DNA of 21,490 nucleotides. Source: an uncultured Chloroflexia bacterium. GTDB lineage: Bacteria; Chloroflexota; Limnocylindria; Limnocylindrales; CSP1-4. The DNA is taken from NCBI GenBank assembly GCA_963749705.1, contig CAVVNQ010000012.1, forward strand, positions 1 to 21,490. Direction: 5' to 3'. The position numbers and the translations under genes were made by a program. Under the pieces are notes generated by a model. The model worked only from the letters and a program-made list of their open reading frames with translations. It did no database searches and was not told the origin of the DNA. Below are positions 17,217 to 21,490 of the stretch, piece after piece; the first letter of the stretch is position 1, and each line of letters starts with the position of its first letter.

Positions 17217-18236
17217 ATGACCATCGAGCTCGCTCCATCGCCCGCGCCCGCGGCTGATCCCGCCGCGCGCCCGCGCATCTTCTCGGGCATCCAGCCGTCC
17301 GGCATCGTCCACCTGGGCAACGACCTGGGGGCGATCCGCAACTACGTGATGCTCCAGCACGAGTACGAGGCGATCTACTGCATCGTCGACTACCACGCGC
17401 TCACCAGCACCCACGATGCGGAGCTCATGCGCCGGCGCACGCGCGAGATGGCCGCGAGCCTGCTCGCCCTGGGTCTCGATCCGGAGCTGTGCACACTGTT
17501 CGTGCAGAGCCATCGGCCCGAGGTCACCGAGCTCGCCTGGCTGCTGATGACGGTCACGCCGGTGAGCTGGCTGGAGCGAACCCCGACCTACAAGGAGAAG
17601 CGCCAGAACCAGCCCGACGACGTCAACCACGGGCTGCTCACGTATCCGGCGCTGATGGCGGCCGACATCGTCCTGTACAAGGCGACGGTCGTTCCGGTCG
17701 GCAAGGACCAGGCCGCCCACCTCGAGCTCACCCGCGAGATCGTCCGGGCCTTCAACGCACGGTTCGGAAAGACGTTTCCTGAGCCGCAGGCCGTCCACAC
17801 CGAGGCGCCCGTCGTCCTGGGCACGGACGGGGTGCGGAAGATGAGCAAGTCGGTCGGGAACACGATCGACATCTTTGCCGACGCGGAGACGGTCCGGCGC
17901 CAGGTCATGTCGATGGTCACCGACACCCAGCGGATCCTGCGCACCGACCCCGGCCGACCCGAGGTGTGCAACGTGTGCCAGCTCCACCGGTTCTTCGGCG
18001 ACGACTACGAGGAGGTCTGGGACGGCGAGCGGACCGCGCGGACCGGCTGCGTCGATACCAAGAAGCTGCTCGCCGAGCGGATCGTCCGCCGATATGCGGG
18101 TGCTCGCGAGCGCTACCTCGAGCTGATGGCCAGCCCGGCCGAGGTCGACGGGATCCTGGAGAGCGGCGCGGACCGGCTGCGCCCACTGGCCGAGGCCACG
18201 ATGGCCGAGGTTCGCGAGCGAATGGGGTTGCGCTGA
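17217..18236 (+). CDS. trpS: tryptophan--tRNA ligase
   Basis: FSGIQPSG, HLGN (HIGH-like), YPALMAADI, VPVGKDQ and KMSKS motifs. Confidence 0.97.
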   Translation: MTIELAPSPAPAADPAARPRIFSGIQPSGIVHLGNDLGAIRNYVMLQHEYEAIYCIVDYHALTSTHDAELMRRRTREMAASLLALGLDPELCTLFVQSHRPEVTELAWLLMTVTPVSWLERTPTYKEKRQNQPDDVNHGLLTYPALMAADIVLYKATVVPVGKDQAAHLELTREIVRAFNARFGKTFPEPQAVHTEAPVVLGTDGVRKMSKSVGNTIDIFADAETVRRQVMSMVTDTQRILRTDPGRPEVCNVCQLHRFFGDDYEEVWDGERTARTGCVDTKKLLAERIVRRYAGARERYLELMASPAEVDGILESGADRLRPLAEATMAEVRERMGLR

Positions 18237-18237
18237 C

Positions 18238-18702
18238 ATGGCGGGTCGCGTCGAGGCAATCCGGATCGCGCCTGCCGAGGGCGCCCCGATGGAGACCGTG
18301 TGGCGCGTCGCCGCGCACGCGGGCGGTGGCCTGGAGGGCGATCGGTACCACGTCGTGTCCGTTGATGGATCAGCCCCGGCCGGCCCGGGCAAGGGCCTGA
18401 CATTGGTGTCGGCGGACTCGATCGAGAAGGCCAACAAGGAGAACCCGGGACTGGACATGACGCCGGCGCTCACCCGTCGGAACGTCACGGTCCGCGGCGC
18501 CGACCTCGACGGCCTGGTGGGACGCGAGTTCCGCATCGGGCGGGTACGCTGCCGCGGGGTCAAGCTCGCGGAACCGTGCACCTACCTCGAGGGCCTCGTC
18601 GGCCGCCCGATCCTGGCCGCGCTCGCGCACCGGGCCGGGCTGCGTGCCGACATCCTCGAGGACGGGGAGATCGCCGTCGGCGACGAGATCAGCCTGGTCT
18701 GA
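18238..18702 (+). CDS. MOSC domain-containing protein
   Basis: GLEGDRY, RRNVTVRG, EPC and GLRADILEDGEIAVGD motifs. Confidence 0.9.
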   Translation: MAGRVEAIRIAPAEGAPMETVWRVAAHAGGGLEGDRYHVVSVDGSAPAGPGKGLTLVSADSIEKANKENPGLDMTPALTRRNVTVRGADLDGLVGREFRIGRVRCRGVKLAEPCTYLEGLVGRPILAALAHRAGLRADILEDGEIAVGDEISLV

Positions 18703-18810
18703 GGGTGGCCGGCCAACCGGGGGCGCCGGCGCTGACCGGCGGTTCGCCGGGGGCGCGGCATCGTCTGCGAGCGGAGCGCCGCGACCAGATTTCCGGAGCG
18801 ACGTTGCCCC

Positions 18811-18855
18811 CGGTCGCGCTGGTCGCGTTGGCCACACTGGTCGCCCTGGTCGCCG
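18811..18855. repeat. five degenerate 9-bp tandem repeats (consensus tggtcgcNN)
   Basis: cggtcgcgc tggtcgcgt tggccacac tggtcgccc tggtcgccg. Confidence 0.7.
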
Positions 18856-19127
18856 AGCGCGGCGCCTGAGGCCACGGGATCGCGCTGGCGACGTCCGGTC
18901 GTCCCGGCTTGCCGCCGAGCGTGGCGCCTGAGGCCACGGAATCGCCCATGCCCGTGTCGTCGTTGGCCGGCACCAATCCGACGGGGCGATGTCGTGGCGC
19001 CACGGGCAACGATTCCGCGACCACGGGTGTCGGCCTGCGCGGCAGGGCGATGTCGTGGCGCCACGGACCGCGGGCCGCGGCCGAGAGCGGCGGCTGTCCG
19101 CGCGGCAGGGCGATTTCGTGGCGCCAC
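18851..19127. repeat. REP/BIME-like cluster of five related palindromic units at ~62-bp spacing, two inverted relative to three
   Basis: cgccgagcgYggcgcctgaggccacggRatcgc at 18851-18883 and 18913-18945. gggcgatKtcgtggcgccac at 18984-19003, 19045-19064 and 19108-19127. Confidence 0.8.
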
Positions 19128-19224
19128 AGGCGACGGTCCGCATCGGCGCCGAGAACCCGGCTTGAGCGCCGCCGCCGATCAGGAGCCTTGCGACTCCGGG
19201 CTTCCGGCGGAGAGCCGGGCGTCG

Positions 19225-19230
19225 TAGGCT
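19225..19230 (+). promoter_or_regulatory. putative -10 element (TAGGCT) of the leaderless AI-2E transporter gene
   Basis: 6 nt before ATG 19237 with no Shine-Dalgarno. Confidence 0.5.
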
Positions 19231-19236
19231 GACGTC

Positions 19237-20458
19237 ATGCCCATCGAGCTGACGGAGCGCCAGCAGCGCCTCGTCAATGCCGTCCTGATCCTGGCGGTGA
19301 TCACGCTCGCGTTCGTCGTGCTCGGCTACGTGGCCGGGGTGATCTACGCGTTCGGCGACATCGTCCTGCTGTTCTTCCTCGCGTGGCTGCTGTCGTTCGC
19401 GCTGACGCCGCTGTACACGGGGATCGCGAAGGTGATGCCTGGGCTCCCGCCGGCCGTCGCGGTGATCGTCGTCTACGTCACGATCGTGGGGGTGTTCCTG
19501 GCCGTGATCGTCCAGGCCTCGGCCAGCCTGGCCGCCTCGATCGGGCAGTTCATCCGCGACGCACCCCAGCTCCAGGACCAGCTGCGCAATGTGCTGGCCG
19601 GGCTCCAGGATCGGCTGGCCGCGTTCGGCTTCCAGGTCGATCTCGTGGGCCAGGCGCCGATCATCGTGGCCAATCTCCAGCAATGGGCGGGCGAGCTCGT
19701 CGGACCGTTGCAGTCGCTGGCGTTCGCGAGCATCGGCGTGCTGGGCAACATCCTGATCCTGGTGATCCTGTCGGTGTACATCGCGATCGACCGCGAGGCG
19801 ATCCTCGCGTTCCTGTTCCGTGTCGTGCCCCCGAGCCTCGCCCCCGAGGCGCACCTGCTCCAGGTCAGCGTCTCGCGATCGTTTGGCGGCTTCCTGCGCG
19901 GCCAGGTGATCATGGGCCTGGTGTTCGGCGTGTTCACCGCATTCGTGAACATGGCGTTCGGGTTGCAGTACGCGGCGGCGACCACGGTCATCGCGGGCGT
20001 GCTGCAGATGATCCCGTTCTTCGGTCCGTTCGTGTCCTGGACACCGCCGGTCGCGGTCGCGCTCCTGCTCAGCCCCGACGCCGCGCTGCCGGTGCTGGTG
20101 CTGATGGGCATCGCCTGGTTCGTGACGATGAACGTCCTCCAGCCGCGCATGATGTCCGACTCCGTCGGCATTCATCCGATCGTGGTCCTGGGCTCCGTCG
20201 TCATCGGCTCCAAGGTCGCCGGGATCGTCGGGGCCATCTTCGGCATCCCGATCGCCGCGGTCCTGTCCGCGTTCTTCTTCCACTGGTTCGGCCGAACGCG
20301 CGAGGGCGGAACGGTCGCGGATCGGGCTGCGCGCCGGCTCGCGGCGCGGGAGGGGCGCGAGGTGCGCCGGCCGCGCGAACCGGTTCCGGGCGATAGACGC
20401 GGACATGGCGGAGGTCACGCCCGAGCACCCGGTCCTGGATGCGGACGTGCAGCCGTGA
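19237..20458 (+). CDS. AI-2E (PerM/UPF0118) family transporter; the 3' end is probably frameshifted near 20392
   Basis: Not in the ORF track because the frame stays open to the window end. Multiple TM helices, FGGFLRGQ, IPFFGPF, NVLQPRMMSDSVGIHP and GIVGAIFGIPIAA. The probable true stop is TGA at 20456-20458 in the +1 frame. Confidence 0.9.
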
Positions 20459-21490
20459 GCGAGCGGACCGGGCGCGACGCCACCGGCGGCGGCAACGACA
20501 CCGCACCGGACGCCGCGCCGCCGGACATGACCCGCGAACGCGCGCGAACCGAGCGCCGCAACCTGGACATGGAGCGTGGCGAGCCCGTCGCGGGCACCCG
20601 CGGTGGGCGCCGGACGCTCAAGCGGGTCGGGCGGCCGCTGGGCGACTGGACCACCCGTCCGAGGATCCTCGTGACCAACGACGACGGCATCGAATCGCGG
20701 GGCCTGCTCGCGCTCAAGCGGGCGCTCGATCCCATCGGCGACGTCACCGTCGTTGCCCCCGACACGAACCAGTCGGCGGTCGGGCACCAGAAGACGCTGA
20801 TGCGCCCGCTGCGCGTCCGGGAACGAACCCTTGCCGACGGCTCGTCCGGCTACTCGCTGGACGGCTCCCCCACCGACTGTGTCAGCCTCGCGTTCCTCGG
20901 CTTCTTCGACGAGCGCTTCGACCTCGTGGCATCCGGCATCAACTACGGCGCCAACCTGGGCGACGACATCACCTACTCCGGGACCGTGTCTGCGGCGATG
21001 GAGGGGGTGATCAACAGCTGCCCGTCGTTCGCGATCTCGCAGGAGTACTACGAGGAGGTCGATTTCGCGCTGGCGGCGGTGGCCGCGGCCGTGGTCGCAC
21101 GCAACATCCTCGAGCACGGGCTCAAGCGGGGCGAGCTGCTCAGCGTCAACGTCCCGGCGACCTCGATCGAGGATTGCGAGGGCCTCGAGATCACGAGGGT
21201 CGGCCGCCGCGTGTACCAGGACGAGCTGATCCGGCGGGTCGATCCGCGCGGCATCCCCTACTACTGGATCGGCGGCCCGCCACCGTCCGGGATCAGCGTC
21301 CCGGGCACCGACTTCAACGCCGTGGTCAATCGCAGGATCTCGGTCACGCCGATCCACCTCGACCTCACCGGACGGCGGCTGATGCGCCAGCTCCAGACGT
21401 GGAACTGGTCGCTCGAGGAGCGCGCGTCGGCCGTGCCGGTGTCACCGGCCGGCGCGATCGAGGAGGCGCGCCTCGCGGAGGAGACCCGGA
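20455..21490 (+). CDS. surE: 5'/3'-nucleotidase SurE, 3' truncated by the window
   Basis: RILVTNDDGI, VVAPDTNQSAVG, DGSPTDCV, SGINYGANLGDDITYSGTVSAAMEG, DPRGIPYYWIG and ISVTP motifs. The start is uncertain (GTG 20455, or ATG 20527 or 20569). Confidence 0.93.
   Translation, partial: MSERTGRDATGGGNDTAPDAAPPDMTRERARTERRNLDMERGEPVAGTRGGRRTLKRVGRPLGDWTTRPRILVTNDDGIESRGLLALKRALDPIGDVTVVAPDTNQSAVGHQKTLMRPLRVRERTLADGSSGYSLDGSPTDCVSLAFLGFFDERFDLVASGINYGANLGDDITYSGTVSAAMEGVINSCPSFAISQEYYEEVDFALAAVAAAVVARNILEHGLKRGELLSVNVPATSIEDCEGLEITRVGRRVYQDELIRRVDPRGIPYYWIGGPPPSGISVPGTDFNAVVNRRISVTPIHLDLTGRRLMRQLQTWNWSLEERASAVPVSPAGAIEEARLAEETR

Noticed and set aside
18703-18760. Intrinsic terminator after the MOSC gene (ccggcg-gtt-cgccgg), and similarly the palindrome at 13730-13741
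   Set aside because: Short GC hairpins without a U-tract cannot be distinguished from background here.
18984-19127. Bona fide CRISPR array
   Set aside because: Only three degenerate units, related copies in the opposite orientation, no AT-rich leader and no cas genes in the window. Kept as a REP-like repeat.

Overview
High-GC bacterial chromosomal DNA that is mostly housekeeping. The split accA/B/C/D plus fabZ/F/H set and several leaderless-type starts suggest Chloroflexota, but this is inference. From 10846 to 1 on the minus strand runs a tightly coupled 13-gene unit: lysC, birA, an ECF sigma factor, an anti-sigma-like membrane protein, accD, accA, a lysine-less accB paralogue, accC, fabZ, a metallophosphoesterase, fabF, accB and fabH (partial). 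Next come a ~550-bp intergenic region holding a ~200-nt rod-shaped hairpin (6S-like ncRNA candidate), a dienelactone hydrolase, three small hypothetical genes and a pyridoxamine-oxidase-like flavoprotein. Then hom-thrC-thrB on the minus strand (thrC has a 1-bp frameshift), trpS, a MOSC protein, a palindromic repeat cluster, and an AI-2E transporter that reads in frame into surE, probably through a 1-bp insertion. The best candidate for an undescribed system is a regulatory module inside the acetyl-CoA carboxylase/fatty-acid operon: a non-biotinylatable BCCP paralogue (BADC-like), an ECF sigma/anti-sigma pair and a translationally coupled phosphoesterase.
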